In this document: in pieces, positions 36,678 through 48,280 of the stretch | Layout of the letters: every line of letters starts with the position of its first letter | Numbering within the stretch: the first letter of the stretch is position 1 | From: Pseudomonadota bacterium | GTDB taxonomy: Bacteria; Pseudomonadota; Gammaproteobacteria; Burkholderiales; Sulfuricellaceae | Reading direction: 5' to 3' | Length of the DNA: 64,000 nt | NCBI GenBank assembly: GCA_040752115.1 | Contig: JBFMFB010000003.1 | Coordinates: forward strand, 39,266-103,265 | Notes under the pieces: generated by a model | Seen by the model: only the letters and a program-made list of their open reading frames with translations | Told to the model about the DNA's origin: nothing | Databases searched by the model: none | Made by a program: the position numbers and the translations under genes

Positions 36678-39104
36678 TTAATGCTTGATGACGGGTGCCA
36701 CGGCCTTCTCTTCGCCTGCGGCAGGCAAAGGAGCCCCCTCGGCCGCACCCTCGGGAAGCGCTTCCGGCTTACGCTCCAACGCGAATTGAAGCACTTCGTC
36801 GATCCACTTGACCGGATGAATATCCAGCTTGCCCTTGATGTTGTCGGGGATATCGGTCAAGTCCTTGGTATTTTCCTGCGGGATCAGGACAGTCTTGATG
36901 CCGCCGCGATGCGCCGCCAGCAGTTTTTCCTTCAGCCCGCCGATCGGCAGTACCTCGCCACGCAGAGTGATCTCCCCCGTCATTGCCACATCCGCACGCA
37001 CCGGGATGCCGGTCAGGACCGACACCATCGCGGTGGCGATCGCGATCCCGGCGCTGGGACCGTCTTTCGGCGTTGCCCCTTCCGGCAGATGGATATGGAT
37101 GTCGTTCTTCTGGTAGAAATCTTCCGGGATGCCCAACACGCGGGAGCGCGAGCGCACTACGGTGAGCGCCGCCTGGATGGACTCCTGCATCACTTCGCCG
37201 AGCTTCCCGGTGGTGATCATCTTGCCTTTGCCGGGAAGCACCGCGCTTTCGATAGTGAGTAGCTCTCCGCCAACCTCGGTCCACGCCAGGCCGGTCACCT
37301 GGCCGACCTGGTTGGTTTTCTCCGCCATGCCGAAGGTATAGCGCCGCACGCCGAGATACTTGTCCAGGTTGCGCGAAGTCACCATCACCTTGCCGCGGCT
37401 CTTCTTGAGCAGCAGCGCCTTGACGATCTTGCGGCAGATCTTGGCGATTTCGCGCTCCAGCGAACGGACGCCGGCCTCACGGGTGTAATACCGGACAATG
37501 TCGCGCACCGCGCTTTCGGCGATGCTGGCCTCGTCTTCCTTCAGCCCGTGCACTTTCATCTGCTTGGGCACCAGGTAGCGCATCGCGATGTTGATTTTCT
37601 CGTCCTCGGTGTAGCCGGAAAGCCGGATCACCTCCATGCGGTCCAGCAGCGGCGCGGGGATATTCATGGTGTTGGCGGTCGCCACGAACATCACATCGGA
37701 CAGATCGTATTCCACCTCGACATAGTGATCGACAAAGGTATGATTCTGTTCGGGGTCCAACACCTCGAGCAACGCGGAAGAAGGGTCGCCGCGGAAATCC
37801 ATGCCCATCTTGTCCACTTCATCCAGCAGGAACAGCGGATTGCGCACCGCAACCTTGGACATGCTTTGCAGCACTTTACCCGGCATGGAGCCGATATAGG
37901 TACGGCGGTGGCCGCGAATCTCGGCCTCGTCGCGCACGCCGCCCAGCGCCATGCGCACGAATTTGCGGTTGGTTGCGCGCGCAATGGACTGGCCGAGTGA
38001 GGTCTTGCCTACCCCAGGGGGGCCGACAAGACACAGTATCGGCGCTTTCAGCTTGTCCACCCGTTGCTGCACCGCGAGATACTCCACGATGCGTTCCTTG
38101 ACCTTCTCAAGGCCGTAGTGATCCTCTTCCAATACTGCTTCGGCCTTGGCCAAGTCTTTGCTGATCTTGGTTTTTTTCTTCCACGGCAGGCCAACCAGGA
38201 TTTCGATATAGTTGCGCACCACCGTCGCCTCCGCCGACATGGGCGACATCATGCGCAGCTTTTTCAACTCGGCCTCGGCCTTGGCCTGCGCATCCTTGGG
38301 CATGTGCGCCGCTTTGATGCTCTTTTCCAACTCATCCAGGTCCGCGCCTTCTTCGGCCTCGCCCAGTTCTTTCTGGATCGCCTTTACCTGCTCGTTCAGG
38401 TAATACTCGCGCTGGCTCTTCTCCATCTGGCGCTTGACGCGGCCGCGAATGCGCTTTTCCACCTGCAGGATGTCGATTTCGGCATCCAGCAGGCCGAGTA
38501 GATGTTCCAGGCGATTGCGCACCGGAAACATTTCCAGAACCTGCTGCTTTTGTTCGAGCTTGAGCGGAAGGTGGGCGGCGATGGTGTCTGCTAGGCGACC
38601 GGCCTCGTCAATGCTGGCGAGCGAAGTCAGGATCTCCGGAGGAATCTTTTTGTTCAGTTTGACGTACTGGTCAAACTGGGCAAAAACGCTGCGCATCAGG
38701 GCTTCAATTTCGTGGTCTTCCTCCGCCCCGGCAGGCGCCCCTACTGTGGCTTCAGCGGAAAAATGAGTCTTCTCGTCGATGAACTGCGTGATGGTGGCGC
38801 GTTGATTGCCTTCCACCAACACCTTGACCGTCCCATCCGGCAGTTTCAGCATCTGCAGGATACTGGCCACACTGCCGACGGTATACAAGTCGTCCAGAGC
38901 AGGTTCGTCCTTGGCCGCGGATTTCTGGGCCACCAGGAGGATGTGTTTGCCGAAATCCATGGCCGCCTCCAGCGCCTTAATGGATTTCGGGCGCCCCACA
39001 AAGAGCGGGATCACCATGTGCGGAAACACCACGACGTCGCGCAATGGCAGAAGCGGCAGTTTCACTTTGTCGGCTGGCAAGCCTGGGGCATTTTCTAACG
39101 GCAT
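36678..39104 (-). CDS. lon: ATP-dependent Lon protease
   Basis: 808 aa. Walker [10 protein letters not shown]. Catalytic PKDGPSAG. Confidence 0.97.
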   Translation of the reverse strand: MPLENAPGLPADKVKLPLLPLRDVVVFPHMVIPLFVGRPKSIKALEAAMDFGKHILLVAQKSAAKDEPALDDLYTVGSVASILQMLKLPDGTVKVLVEGNQRATITQFIDEKTHFSAEATVGAPAGAEEDHEIEALMRSVFAQFDQYVKLNKKIPPEILTSLASIDEAGRLADTIAAHLPLKLEQKQQVLEMFPVRNRLEHLLGLLDAEIDILQVEKRIRGRVKRQMEKSQREYYLNEQVKAIQKELGEAEEGADLDELEKSIKAAHMPKDAQAKAEAELKKLRMMSPMSAEATVVRNYIEILVGLPWKKKTKISKDLAKAEAVLEEDHYGLEKVKERIVEYLAVQQRVDKLKAPILCLVGPPGVGKTSLGQSIARATNRKFVRMALGGVRDEAEIRGHRRTYIGSMPGKVLQSMSKVAVRNPLFLLDEVDKMGMDFRGDPSSALLEVLDPEQNHTFVDHYVEVEYDLSDVMFVATANTMNIPAPLLDRMEVIRLSGYTEDEKINIAMRYLVPKQMKVHGLKEDEASIAESAVRDIVRYYTREAGVRSLEREIAKICRKIVKALLLKKSRGKVMVTSRNLDKYLGVRRYTFGMAEKTNQVGQVTGLAWTEVGGELLTIESAVLPGKGKMITTGKLGEVMQESIQAALTVVRSRSRVLGIPEDFYQKNDIHIHLPEGATPKDGPSAGIAIATAMVSVLTGIPVRADVAMTGEITLRGEVLPIGGLKEKLLAAHRGGIKTVLIPQENTKDLTDIPDNIKGKLDIHPVKWIDEVLQFALERKPEALPEGAAEGAPLPAAGEEKAVAPVIKH

Positions 39105-39141
39105 GGGATTGGTACCTTAAAAAGGGTCGAAACAGTTTTTA

Positions 39142-39170
39142 AGATGGGGAACCACCCCGGGAGTTTCAAG
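39142..39170 (-). promoter_or_regulatory. Sigma32 (RpoH) heat-shock promoter for lon
   Basis: Minus strand CTTGAAA-N14-CCCCATCT matches the sigma32 consensus CTTGAAA-N13-15-CCCCATnT. It ends about 40 nt upstream of the lon ATG. Confidence 0.7.
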
Positions 39171-39286
39171 CGGGTGCGTGCAAATTCATAGCGCAAGCCG
39201 GCGGGCCGGCACAACAAGGGATACCGGGCAAACCCCGCAGCCAGACAGCTACTCCTGCTGCCGGGAAGGCTCGCTAAAAAGCCCCC

Positions 39287-40543
39287 TTATGCCACCCGCG
39301 GCTGGTCAGCGTAGATCAGCAGCGGCTTGCTTTCGCCGTTGATCACGCCATCGTCGATCACAACCTTGACGACATCGTGCAGCGACGGCAGGTCGAACAT
39401 GGTATCAAGCAAGGCATGTTCCAGGATGGAACGCAGGCCCCGTGCGCCGGTTTTTCGAGCCAGTGCTTTTTTCGCGATCGCGGAGAGGGCCTGCTCGCGA
39501 TACTCGAGCTCGACCCCTTCCATCTCGAACAATTTCTGGTACTGCTTGGTCAGCGCATTCTTGGGCTCGGTCAGAATGCGAATCAGGGATGGCTCATCCA
39601 GCTCTTCCAGCGTCGCAACCACCGGCAGCCGGCCGACGAATTCCGGAATCAGGCCATACTTGATCAGATCCTCCGGCTCCACCTCGCGCAGCACCTCGCC
39701 GATATCCTTGCTGCTGTCGCGGCTTTTTACCTCGGCGCCGAAACCGATGCCGCCCTTCTCCGAACGCGCGCGGATGACCTTGTCCAGCCCGCCGAATGCT
39801 CCGCCGCAGATGAACAGGATATTGGTGGTATCCACCTGGACGAATTCCTGGTTCGGATGCTTGCGGCCGCCTTGCGGCGGCACCGAGGCCACCGTGCCTT
39901 CGATCAGCTTGAGCAGCGCCTGTTGCACGCCCTCGCCCGACACGTCGCGGGTAATCGAGGGGTTATCGGATTTGCGGGAAATCTTGTCAATCTCGTCGAT
40001 ATACACAATCCCGCGCTGCGCCTTCTCGATATCGTAATCGCACTTCTGCAGCAGCTTCTGGATGATGTTCTCCACATCCTCGCCGACATACCCTGCCTCA
40101 GTCAACGTGGTGGCATCAGCAATCACGAACGGCACGTTCAGTAGCCGCGCCAGTGTCTGCGCCAGCAGCGTCTTGCCCGAGCCGGTCGGCCCGATCAGCA
40201 GGATGTTGCTTTTGGCCAGCTCGACGTCCTCATTTTTGTTCTGATTCCTGAGCCGCTTGTAATGGTTGTAAACCGCCACGGAGAGGATTTTTTTCGCCTG
40301 GGTCTGGCCGATGACATATTCATCGAGAATCTGGCAGATTTCCTGCGGCACCGGCAGGTCGTTCCCGCCCCCTTTGCCTGCCTGCTCGCCCCGGATTTCC
40401 TCACGGATGATATCGTTGCACAAATCCACGCATTCATCGCAGATAAAGACGGACGGCCCGGCAATCAGCTTGCGCACTTCGTGCTGGCTCTTGCCGCAAA
40501 ATGAGCAATACAGCAATTTATCGCCGCCGGATTTATCAGTCAT
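39287..40543 (-). CDS. clpX: ATP-dependent Clp protease ATP-binding subunit ClpX
   Basis: Zinc-binding N-terminus (CSFCGK...CDEC). Walker A GPTGSGKT. Confidence 0.97.
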   Translation of the reverse strand: MTDKSGGDKLLYCSFCGKSQHEVRKLIAGPSVFICDECVDLCNDIIREEIRGEQAGKGGGNDLPVPQEICQILDEYVIGQTQAKKILSVAVYNHYKRLRNQNKNEDVELAKSNILLIGPTGSGKTLLAQTLARLLNVPFVIADATTLTEAGYVGEDVENIIQKLLQKCDYDIEKAQRGIVYIDEIDKISRKSDNPSITRDVSGEGVQQALLKLIEGTVASVPPQGGRKHPNQEFVQVDTTNILFICGGAFGGLDKVIRARSEKGGIGFGAEVKSRDSSKDIGEVLREVEPEDLIKYGLIPEFVGRLPVVATLEELDEPSLIRILTEPKNALTKQYQKLFEMEGVELEYREQALSAIAKKALARKTGARGLRSILEHALLDTMFDLPSLHDVVKVVIDDGVINGESKPLLIYADQPRVA

Positions 40544-40597
40544 GTACAGTTTTCCTCAAAAACAAACAGTTGCAAATTTGGGACATTAAGCCGCAAT

Positions 40598-41215
40598 TCA
40601 GGTTCGGTTGACAAGCACTTTATCCACCAGGCCGTACTTAACGGATTCTTCAGCGCTCATGAAGTTGTCGCGATCGGTGTCTTTCTGGATCGTTTCGACC
40701 GGCTGCCCGGTATGCTTTGCCAACAACTCGTTCAATTGCTGGCGCAGGTAGAGAATTTCCCTGGCGTGGATTTCGATATCCGATGCCTGCCCCTGGAACC
40801 CGCCCAGCGGCTGGTGAATCATCACCCTCGAATTGGGCAGGCAGTAACGCTTGTCTTTCGCGCCCGCGGCCAGCAGCATGGCGCCCATGCTGGCAGCCTG
40901 GCCGATGCACAAGGTGCTCACATCCGGCTTGATGAACTGCATGGTGTCGTAGATCGCCAATCCGGCGGAAACGGAGCCGCCCGGAGAGTTGATGTACAGC
41001 GAAATATCCTTGTCCGGGTTTTCCGATTCCAGGAACAGCAGTTGCGCCACGACCAGGTTTGCGGTGACCTCATTCACCGGCCCGACCAGAAACACCACTC
41101 TTTCCTTGAGCAGGCGCGAATAGATGTCGTAAGCGCGCTCGCCGCGGCCGCTCTGCTCGATCACCATCGGGATATACCCGAGGCCCTGCGGTTCCCAGTT
41201 GTGATTGTTCATCAT
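40598..41215 (-). CDS. clpP: ATP-dependent Clp protease proteolytic subunit
   Basis: Catalytic GQAASMGA and RVMIHQP motifs. The start overlaps the tig stop. Confidence 0.97.
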   Translation of the reverse strand: MMNNHNWEPQGLGYIPMVIEQSGRGERAYDIYSRLLKERVVFLVGPVNEVTANLVVAQLLFLESENPDKDISLYINSPGGSVSAGLAIYDTMQFIKPDVSTLCIGQAASMGAMLLAAGAKDKRYCLPNSRVMIHQPLGGFQGQASDIEIHAREILYLRQQLNELLAKHTGQPVETIQKDTDRDNFMSAEESVKYGLVDKVLVNRT

Positions 41216-42522
41216 GCCCTTGCATTCCCCATCAGCTCGTCGAACGCGGTGGGTTTATCCACCACTTTTGCCTGCGTCAGCACCCACGCCACCACCTTGC
41301 CTTCCAGCACCAGCGATTCCGCTTCGGCCAGCCGCTCCGGGTTTGAATAATACCACCTTACCATTTCTTCCGGCTGCTCGTAGGCTTGCGCGTATTCTTC
41401 CACCAGTTCGCGCACCTGTTCCGGCTCCGCGTGGAGCTGCTGCGCTTTCACCACCTCCGCCAGAATCAGGCCAAGCGCCACCCGGCGCCGCGCGGTCTCC
41501 ATATGCGTTTCGGGCGAAAACGGAATGTCCTGTACCTGAAGGCCCCGCGCCGCCAGATCCTGTTGCATGCGTTGCATCAGGCGGTTGGCCTCCATTTCGA
41601 CCAGCGCTTTGGGCAACTCGAGCTTGGTCGTCTCCAGCAGGGCTTTCATCGCCTGCTCCTTGACGCTGTCCTGAACGCGCCTTTTCACTTCGCGCTCCAG
41701 GCTTTCCTTGATCTCCTTGCGCATGGTTTCCAAGCTGCCGTCTTTCACGCCCAAGCTGTTCGCGAAATCCGCGTTCACCTCCGGCAACTTCTGCTCTTCC
41801 ACGCGGTTCAGCGTCACCTCGAACTTGACCGTTTTCCCGGCCAACTCCTTGCCATGATAATCTTCGGGGAAGGTTGCTTCAAACGTCTTGCTTTCGCCCG
41901 CCTTCATGCCGACCAGCTGCCTTTCGAAATCCGGCAAAGCATGGCCTTTCCCCACGATCAACTGAAACCCTTTATCCTGCCCGCCCTGAAAATCCGCGCC
42001 TTCGAGCAAACCGCGGTAATCGATATCCACCTTGTCGCCGTCCGCGGCAGCACGGTCTACCGGCTCGTAGCGAGCCTGCTGCTTGCGCAGCACCTCGATG
42101 GTCTTGTCAATCGCCTCCTCGCTCACCTCGACCTGCGGGCGGGTGATTTCGACCGCGCCAAGATCGCCCACCGCCACCTCCGGGTAAACCTCAAAGGTAG
42201 CGGTAAATTCAAAATGCGCCGCATTTTCCTGCGACGGCTTGGCTTCAATACGCGGATAGCCCGCAACTTTCAGTTGCTGCTCCTGCACCGCATCCTCGAA
42301 CAGCTTTTGCACCTTTTCGCCCAGCACCTCCTGGCGCACCTGGCCACCGTACTGCTGCGCCACCATTTTCAACGGCACCTTGCCGGGGCGGAATCCCTGC
42401 ATTTTGACGGTGCGGGACAGTTTTTTCAGCCGGATGTCGACCTCGGCATCGATGTCCTGCAGCGGCACCGCCAGATCCAGGCGTTTTTCCAGTTGGCTCG
42501 CGTTTTCCTGAGTAGTTTGCAT
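41212..42522 (-). CDS. tig: Trigger factor
   Basis: 436 aa. GFRPGKVP ribosome-binding signature. Conserved position upstream of clpP. Confidence 0.96.
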   Translation of the reverse strand: MQTTQENASQLEKRLDLAVPLQDIDAEVDIRLKKLSRTVKMQGFRPGKVPLKMVAQQYGGQVRQEVLGEKVQKLFEDAVQEQQLKVAGYPRIEAKPSQENAAHFEFTATFEVYPEVAVGDLGAVEITRPQVEVSEEAIDKTIEVLRKQQARYEPVDRAAADGDKVDIDYRGLLEGADFQGGQDKGFQLIVGKGHALPDFERQLVGMKAGESKTFEATFPEDYHGKELAGKTVKFEVTLNRVEEQKLPEVNADFANSLGVKDGSLETMRKEIKESLEREVKRRVQDSVKEQAMKALLETTKLELPKALVEMEANRLMQRMQQDLAARGLQVQDIPFSPETHMETARRRVALGLILAEVVKAQQLHAEPEQVRELVEEYAQAYEQPEEMVRWYYSNPERLAEAESLVLEGKVVAWVLTQAKVVDKPTAFDELMGNARA

Positions 42523-42551
42523 TGCAATTCCTTAAAATTCGTTTGAGTACC

Positions 42552-42636
42552 TGGTGCGAAAGGCGAGACTCGAACTCGCACGCCGCAAGGCGCTGGAACC
42601 TAAATCCAGTGCGTCTACCAATTCCGCCACTTTCGC
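42552..42636 (-). tRNA. tRNA-Leu (TAG)
   Basis: Reverse complement GCGAAAGTGGCGGAATTGGTAGACGCACTGGATTTAGGTTCCAGCGCCTTGCGGCGTGCGAGTTCGAGTCTCGCCTTTCGCACCA. Long variable arm. Confidence 0.93.
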
Positions 42637-42736
42637 AAAAACGGATAGTGTAATATATTCGGCCCTCTACTGTCAGCTTCGAGCACAACGCCGGCCAGGC
42701 GCCCGTTGTCATGTCAAAAAAACAGGCATCCGCTCC

Positions 42737-43549
42737 ATGCCCCGGAAACATTACGAAAATTTCCCAGTCGCATCCGTTTTGTTGCCCCGCCACCTGCGCC
42801 GCCCGGTTGGACTGATCTATACGTTCGCGAGACAAGCCGACGACTTCGCCGACGAAGGCGAACTGGATAGCTCGGCGCGGCTGGAATTGCTTGCCGGCTT
42901 CCGCGAAGAGCTGGGCAGGATGGGCGCCGGCTCGGCGCCGGCTACACTCCTGTTTCAAGAGCTGGCGGCGATGGTCGCCGAACGCCGCCTGCCGCTTCAA
43001 CCGTTCCACGATCTGCTCGACGCATTTTCCCAGGATGTGGTGAAAAACCGCTATGCCGATTTCGGCGAAGTAATGGACTATTGCCGCCGCTCCGCCAATC
43101 CGGTCGGGCTGTTGCTGCTCTACCTTTACGGCGCCGCCACGCCGCGCAACGTGGCCTATTCCAATGCGATCTGTTCCAGCCTCCAGCTCATTAACTTCCT
43201 CCAGGATATCGCCGTCGACTACCAGAAGGGACGGATTTATCTGCCGCTGGACGAACTGGAAAAATACCGGATCGACGAAACGCAAATCGCACGCGGCGAC
43301 ACCGGCGGGCAATGGTCCGCCTTCATGCACTTCCAGATCGCCCGCGCCCGCGATCTCCTGCAGGCGGGCGCCCCGCTGGGAAAGGTCCTGAAAGGGCGCA
43401 TTGGGCTGGAAATGCGCATGATCATCATGGGCGGCGAAGCCATCCTGCGCAAACTGCACCAGGGCCAAGGCGACGTGTTTCGCTCCCGCCCCATCCTCGA
43501 ACCGCTCGACTGGGCGTATATGTTTTACCGCGCAATCCGCGCCGGGTAA
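42737..43549 (+). CDS. hpnC: Hydroxysqualene synthase HpnC (squalene/phytoene synthase family)
   Basis: Start chosen at MPRKHYENFPVAS, because the upstream part of the track ORF overlaps tRNA-Leu. ARQADDFADE motif. Confidence 0.85.
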   Translation: MPRKHYENFPVASVLLPRHLRRPVGLIYTFARQADDFADEGELDSSARLELLAGFREELGRMGAGSAPATLLFQELAAMVAERRLPLQPFHDLLDAFSQDVVKNRYADFGEVMDYCRRSANPVGLLLLYLYGAATPRNVAYSNAICSSLQLINFLQDIAVDYQKGRIYLPLDELEKYRIDETQIARGDTGGQWSAFMHFQIARARDLLQAGAPLGKVLKGRIGLEMRMIIMGGEAILRKLHQGQGDVFRSRPILEPLDWAYMFYRAIRAG

Positions 43550-43561
43550 GGAAAAGAATCC

Positions 43562-44395
43562 GTGTCGCCCGACCAATACTGCCAGGACAAGGCTGCCAAA
43601 AGCGGCTCCAGCTTCTACTACAGCTTTCTCTTTCTGCCCCCGCCCAAGCGCCAGGCCATTACAGCGCTTTACGCCTTTTGCCGCGAAGTGGACGATATCG
43701 CCGACGAGTGCCGCGATTTGGTGGTGGCCAGCGCCAAGCTCGCGTGGTGGCGTGGCGAAATCGCCGCCGCCTTCGCCGGCAGACCGCAGCACCCGGTGGG
43801 AAGAGCGCTGCTGCCCGCGATCCGCGATTACGGCGTTGCGGCGGAACAGTTTTACGAGATCATCGACGGCATGGAAATGGACTTGACCCAGGACCGTTAC
43901 GCCGACTTCAAATCGCTGCATCTCTATTGCTACCGCGTGGCAAGCGTAGTCGGGCAGCTTTCCGCCTGTATTTTCGGCTACCGGGAGCGCCAGACCCTGA
44001 AATACGCCCATGACCTGGGGCTGGCGTTCCAGCTCACCAATATCATCCGCGATGTGGGTGAAGACGCGCGGCGCGGCCGCATTTACCTGCCGCTGGACGA
44101 ACTGCGGCAGTTCGGCGTGAGCGAGGAAGACATCCTGCACGGGCGCGAAACGGACAATTTCAAACGCCTGATGGCATTCCAGCTCGAACGGGCGCAAGGC
44201 TATTACACGCAGGCGTTCGCCGAACTGCCGGCAACCGACCGCAGGACGCAGCGTCCGGGTCTGGTGATGGCGGCAATCTATCAAACCCTGCTGCGGGAAA
44301 TCCAGGCCGACAACTACCGGGTGCTGAACCAGCGCATCGCCCTGACACCGCTGCGCAAGCTGTGGATAGCCTGGAAAACATGGCTGAAAGGATGA
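43562..44395 (+). CDS. hpnD: Presqualene diphosphate synthase HpnD
   Basis: GTG start. SSFYYSF, FCREVDDIAD and NIIRDVGEDARRGRIYLP motifs. Confidence 0.88.
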   Translation: MSPDQYCQDKAAKSGSSFYYSFLFLPPPKRQAITALYAFCREVDDIADECRDLVVASAKLAWWRGEIAAAFAGRPQHPVGRALLPAIRDYGVAAEQFYEIIDGMEMDLTQDRYADFKSLHLYCYRVASVVGQLSACIFGYRERQTLKYAHDLGLAFQLTNIIRDVGEDARRGRIYLPLDELRQFGVSEEDILHGRETDNFKRLMAFQLERAQGYYTQAFAELPATDRRTQRPGLVMAAIYQTLLREIQADNYRVLNQRIALTPLRKLWIAWKTWLKG

Positions 44396-45747
44396 AGGCG
44401 GAAGACGGAAGGCGAAAGGAAACACCCGCCTCATCCTCCAGCACTCATCCTTCAGCCTTGCGCGTAGCGATCGTCGGCGGCGGCTGGGCCGGACTGGCCG
44501 CTGCGGTCACGCTGGCGCAACGCGGCGTCCCGCTCACCTTGTTCGAGGCGGCGCGCCAGTTGGGCGGGCGCGCGCGCCGGGTGGATTGCTGCGGCCTGCC
44601 GCTGGACAACGGCCAGCATATCCTGCTTGGCGCCTACCACCAGACCCTGCGCCTGATCGGGCTGGCCGGCGGCGCGCCGGCCGATGCGCTCCTCCTGCGG
44701 CTGCCGCTCAGGCTCGCCGTCCCCGGCCGCTTCGAGCTACGCACTCCGCCGCTGCCTGCCCCTCTCCATCTTCTCGCGGGGCTGCTCACCGCCCGCGGGT
44801 TAAGCCTCTCCGAACGGTTCGGGGCCTTGCGCTTCATGCACGCGCTGCAGCGGCAGAATTTCCGCCTGGAGCAGGATGGCAGCGTTGCCGCGCTCCTGGC
44901 GCGGCACGACCAAAACGGAAATCTGGTCCGTCTACTTTGGGAACCGCTGTGCCTGGCCGCGCTCAACACTCCGATCGAGGCCGCCTCGGCTGCCGTATTC
45001 CTGAATGTGCTGCGCGACAGCTTCAGCCGCAGTCGTGCCGACAGCGACCTGCTGCTGCCGCAAGCCGATCTTTCGGCTGTTTTTCCCGATCTGGCGGCCG
45101 CATTCGTTGAAAACCGCGGCGGCCGCATTCGCCTCGGTGAACCGGTACGCTCGCTGCGGCTGGGAGAGCGCGGCATTTTCGTCACTTCCGCTTCCAGCGG
45201 CGAAAGCTTCAGCCACGCCATCATTGCGGTTCCGCCCCAGCGCCTTCCCGGCCTGCTCGGCGAATTGCCGCTGCTGGCGGAAGCTGCCCGCCTTGCATCC
45301 GGCTTGACCTGCCAGCCCATTTACACCGTTTACCTGCAATATCCCGCATCCGCCTGCCTCCCGTGCCCGATGCTCGGATTGGCCGGTGGATTTGCGCAGT
45401 GGGCCTTCGATCGCGGCCGGACTCACGGCACTCCCGGACTCCTCGCCGCCGTCATCAGCGCCGAAGGAAACCACCAGCGCCTGAGCCATGAGGAGCTGGC
45501 GCTGCAGATCGAACGGGAGCTGCGCGAAACCTTCAACCTGCCACCCCCACTGTGGCACAAGGTGATCGCCGAAAAACGCGCCACCTTCTCCTGCCTTGCC
45601 GGATTGGAACGACCGGGGCAGACCACCCCGGCGAAAAATCTCTACCTCGCCGGCGACTACACCGCGGGCGATTATCCCGCCACGCTCGAAGGCGCGGTAC
45701 AAAGTGGGATAAAATGCGCAAACTTGATTCTGGACGGCATTCAATGA
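44392..45747 (+). CDS. hpnE: Hydroxysqualene dehydroxylase HpnE (FAD-dependent amine-oxidase fold)
   Basis: Start chosen at the ATG overlapping the hpnD stop (ATGA). Dinucleotide-binding motif VAIVGGGWAGLAAA. Confidence 0.82.
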   Translation: MKAEDGRRKETPASSSSTHPSALRVAIVGGGWAGLAAAVTLAQRGVPLTLFEAARQLGGRARRVDCCGLPLDNGQHILLGAYHQTLRLIGLAGGAPADALLLRLPLRLAVPGRFELRTPPLPAPLHLLAGLLTARGLSLSERFGALRFMHALQRQNFRLEQDGSVAALLARHDQNGNLVRLLWEPLCLAALNTPIEAASAAVFLNVLRDSFSRSRADSDLLLPQADLSAVFPDLAAAFVENRGGRIRLGEPVRSLRLGERGIFVTSASSGESFSHAIIAVPPQRLPGLLGELPLLAEAARLASGLTCQPIYTVYLQYPASACLPCPMLGLAGGFAQWAFDRGRTHGTPGLLAAVISAEGNHQRLSHEELALQIERELRETFNLPPPLWHKVIAEKRATFSCLAGLERPGQTTPAKNLYLAGDYTAGDYPATLEGAVQSGIKCANLILDGIQ

Positions 45748-46481
45748 AAAACTACCAAGCTCCCCAGGAACTGCTCAAAGACCGCGTCATCCTGGTTACC
45801 GGCGCAGGGCAGGGCATCGGCCGAACCGCGGCGCTCGCCTATGCCGCGCACGGCGCGACCGTGATCCTGCACGGGCGGAAAACGGAAAAACTGGAGAAGG
45901 TTTACGACGAGATCGAAGCGGCCGGATATCCGCAGCCGGCCATCCTGCCGCTCGACTTGGGAAAGGCCGGAGACCGGGATTTCGAAGCATTCACCAACGC
46001 CATCAAAATCCAGCTGGGCAGGCTGGACGGCATCCTGCACAACGCCGCGCATCTGGATGGATTGCGGCAACTGGAGCTGGAAACCCTGGAACAGTGGATG
46101 TCGGCGCTGCGGATCAATCTGGCGGCGCCCTTCGCCTTGACCCGCGCCTGCCTGCCGCTGCTGAAAGCGGCGCCGGACGCTTCCGTGATCATGACTTCGG
46201 ACAGCCATGGCCACAACCCGGCCGCCTATTGGGGCAGCTTTGCCGTGGCCAAGGCCGGACTGGAAGCGCTGGTCAAGATCTGGACACAGGAGCTGGAAGT
46301 CCACCCTGATCTGCGGATCAACACCCTGATCCCTCATCCGGTGCAATCACCGCAACGCGCCAGGACCCATCCTGGCGAATTGCGTGACAGCCTGCCCCTG
46401 CCGGAAAGCCTCATGCCGTGCTACCTTTATCTGATGGGGCCGGACAGCGGGAAAGTGAAAGGGCAGACCATCGAGTGCTAG
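45744..46481 (+). CDS. SDR-family oxidoreductase (YciK-like)
   Basis: Start chosen at MKNYQAP (ATGA overlap with the hpnE stop). TGAGQGIG cofactor motif. Confidence 0.8.
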   Translation: MKNYQAPQELLKDRVILVTGAGQGIGRTAALAYAAHGATVILHGRKTEKLEKVYDEIEAAGYPQPAILPLDLGKAGDRDFEAFTNAIKIQLGRLDGILHNAAHLDGLRQLELETLEQWMSALRINLAAPFALTRACLPLLKAAPDASVIMTSDSHGHNPAAYWGSFAVAKAGLEALVKIWTQELEVHPDLRINTLIPHPVQSPQRARTHPGELRDSLPLPESLMPCYLYLMGPDSGKVKGQTIEC

Positions 46482-46548
46482 GAGGGTGTTGAGAAAGGCT
46501 GTTGGAAGACACTCTCCCTTGAAAGGAGAGGGAGGGGGTTCAACCCTG

Positions 46549-47238
46549 CTAGGGTTTTAATGAAAATTCGAGCATCTCCTCGCCCACCTCGATTACATCC
46601 CCGTTCTGCAAAAGATGAGGTTCGGTGCCGACCGAGCGGCCGTTCACGATGGGGTGCGAGTTCCCTTCGACATGGGTAATGAAATAACCGTGCGGGCGGC
46701 GGGCGATCATCGCCACTTGCGCGCCGGGCTTGCCGAACGTCGCCAGCGGTCGCTTGAGCTCGATTTCCCGCCCGGCATACGTTCCCTTGATCCTCTTCAC
46801 CGCCCCCAGGGGAAAATTGACGGTGGCCGCCCGCGCGGTCGAAGCCGCCGTTGCAATCCGGCCGGCCGCGCTGCCCTCCGCTATCGCGCCTTCGCCCCCC
46901 GCCAGCGCCGGGATCATCATGGTGCGATCGAAATCCATGCCAGACATCGCTTTCTGGTTGACATACTTCAGCTGGTAACGGCTGACCTGGATCACGTCGC
47001 CATTCTGGAGGATGCGCCGGGTAGTGCGTTCGCCGTTCACCAGCGTGCCGTTGGTGCTGGCATTGTCTTCCAGTATCTGATCGTTGCCGACGGTAGTAAC
47101 CACGGCGTGCTCCTTGCTCACGCCCGCGTCGTCGATCTGGATATCGTTACTCGGCTTGCGGCCGATGGTGAAGCGATCCTTGTCCAGGAAGTAATTCCCC
47201 AGCACCGCACCATCCAGGCTCAAAATCAGTTTTGCCAT
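46549..47238 (-). CDS. Dual FHA-domain protein, copy A
   Basis: N-terminal canonical FHA (FTIGR...VSKEHA...STNGT). C-terminal FHA-like domain lacks the S-x-x-H signature (FGKPGAQVAMIARR...NG...GDVIEV). Confidence 0.85.
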   Translation of the reverse strand: MAKLILSLDGAVLGNYFLDKDRFTIGRKPSNDIQIDDAGVSKEHAVVTTVGNDQILEDNASTNGTLVNGERTTRRILQNGDVIQVSRYQLKYVNQKAMSGMDFDRTMMIPALAGGEGAIAEGSAAGRIATAASTARAATVNFPLGAVKRIKGTYAGREIELKRPLATFGKPGAQVAMIARRPHGYFITHVEGNSHPIVNGRSVGTEPHLLQNGDVIEVGEEMLEFSLKP

Positions 47239-47254
47239 GCTCCTACCCAGCCCT

Positions 47255-48091
47255 CTATTTCATCCATCCGAACAAGCTGCCGAACAGCCCGCGCGACTCG
47301 GCAGGAAACGGCTTCAGCACTTTGACCAATACGACCGAAACATTGTCATGGCCGCCGTTGTCGTTTGCCATCGCCACCAACTGCTTCGCAGCCAGCGGAA
47401 GATTGGCTTGGAGCGCACTCATGGCCAGCTCGATATCGGCATCGTCCACCATGTCGTTCAGCCCGTCCGAGCAAAGGAGATACATATCGCCCGGCTGCAC
47501 GCCTTCCTCGCGCACCTCCGGATCGAGTGCCGCATCAACGCCGAGCGCACAGGTAATGAGATTGCGGTTGTGGGAAATCTTGGCATCGTCGGAGGAAATC
47601 ATGCCCAGCTCGACCTGCTCCCGCAGCAGTGAATGGTCTTGTGTCAGTTGCACAAGCTGGTTCTGGCGCAACCGATAGAGACGAGAGTCGCCGCTGTGCA
47701 CCATGATCAGGCGGTTGTTGCAAAACAGCGCCAGCGCCAGTGTGGTTCCCATCCCGCGGTATTGCGGATTGGCTTCGGCCGCTTTCAAGATGGCCTGGTT
47801 CGCATGCATCACTGCTTTTCTGACGACATCGGATTCGGCAGAGCGCCCGCTTGCCGGACCCGGTTCGCCCGGCTTCAAGCCGCGCAGCGTCTGTCGCAAT
47901 TCGTTCACGATCATGGTCGTCGCCATGCCGCTCGCCACGTCGCCGGCCTTGTACCCACCCATGCCGTCGGCAAGCACGAACAGGCCGAGCGACGCATCCG
48001 TGGCAATGCTGTCCTCATTGAACGACCGCACCAGCCCGGCATCGGTCAGGGCGGCGACTTCCAGGGCGTTGCGTAAGGTCATGCTTTCCAT
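47255..48091 (-). CDS. PP2C-family Ser/Thr phosphatase, copy A
   Basis: TDAGLVRSFNEDS, VLADGMGG and LCSDGL motifs. Confidence 0.9.
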   Translation of the reverse strand: MESMTLRNALEVAALTDAGLVRSFNEDSIATDASLGLFVLADGMGGYKAGDVASGMATTMIVNELRQTLRGLKPGEPGPASGRSAESDVVRKAVMHANQAILKAAEANPQYRGMGTTLALALFCNNRLIMVHSGDSRLYRLRQNQLVQLTQDHSLLREQVELGMISSDDAKISHNRNLITCALGVDAALDPEVREEGVQPGDMYLLCSDGLNDMVDDADIELAMSALQANLPLAAKQLVAMANDNGGHDNVSVVLVKVLKPFPAESRGLFGSLFGWMK

Positions 48092-48280
48092 CCCTCCGGC
48101 GAGCGTACCGGCGTGGCTGTTGATTTACCGCGCATTCTCTCACCACCCCAAGCTCGCAGGCAAGCATGAGGCAGCGCCTGGAAGCCCGCTGCAGCCAGCC
48201 TGTCTTGACATGCTGGCGTGAAAAAACTACTGTTACAGCCCGTCCGTCCCGGATATTCGCCACCACTTGAGCCGCTTTCC

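Noticed and set aside
42554-42736. Upstream extension of the hpnC ORF
   Set aside because: The first 61 codons are the reverse complement of tRNA-Leu and its flank. The conserved HpnC N-terminus (HYENFPVAS) begins right after the ATG at 42737.
42245-44434. 729-aa minus-strand ORF spanning tig, tRNA-Leu, hpnC and hpnD
   Set aside because: It runs straight through a tRNA gene and an intergenic region, and it is antisense to two well-supported squalene-synthase-family genes. Its composition is Arg/Ala/Gly-rich. I judge it a chance open frame.
46512-46530. Short hairpin CTCTCC-N7-GGAGAG between the SDR and FHA-A genes as a terminator
   Set aside because: It has only a 6-bp stem and no convincing T-tract on either strand, which is too weak to annotate.
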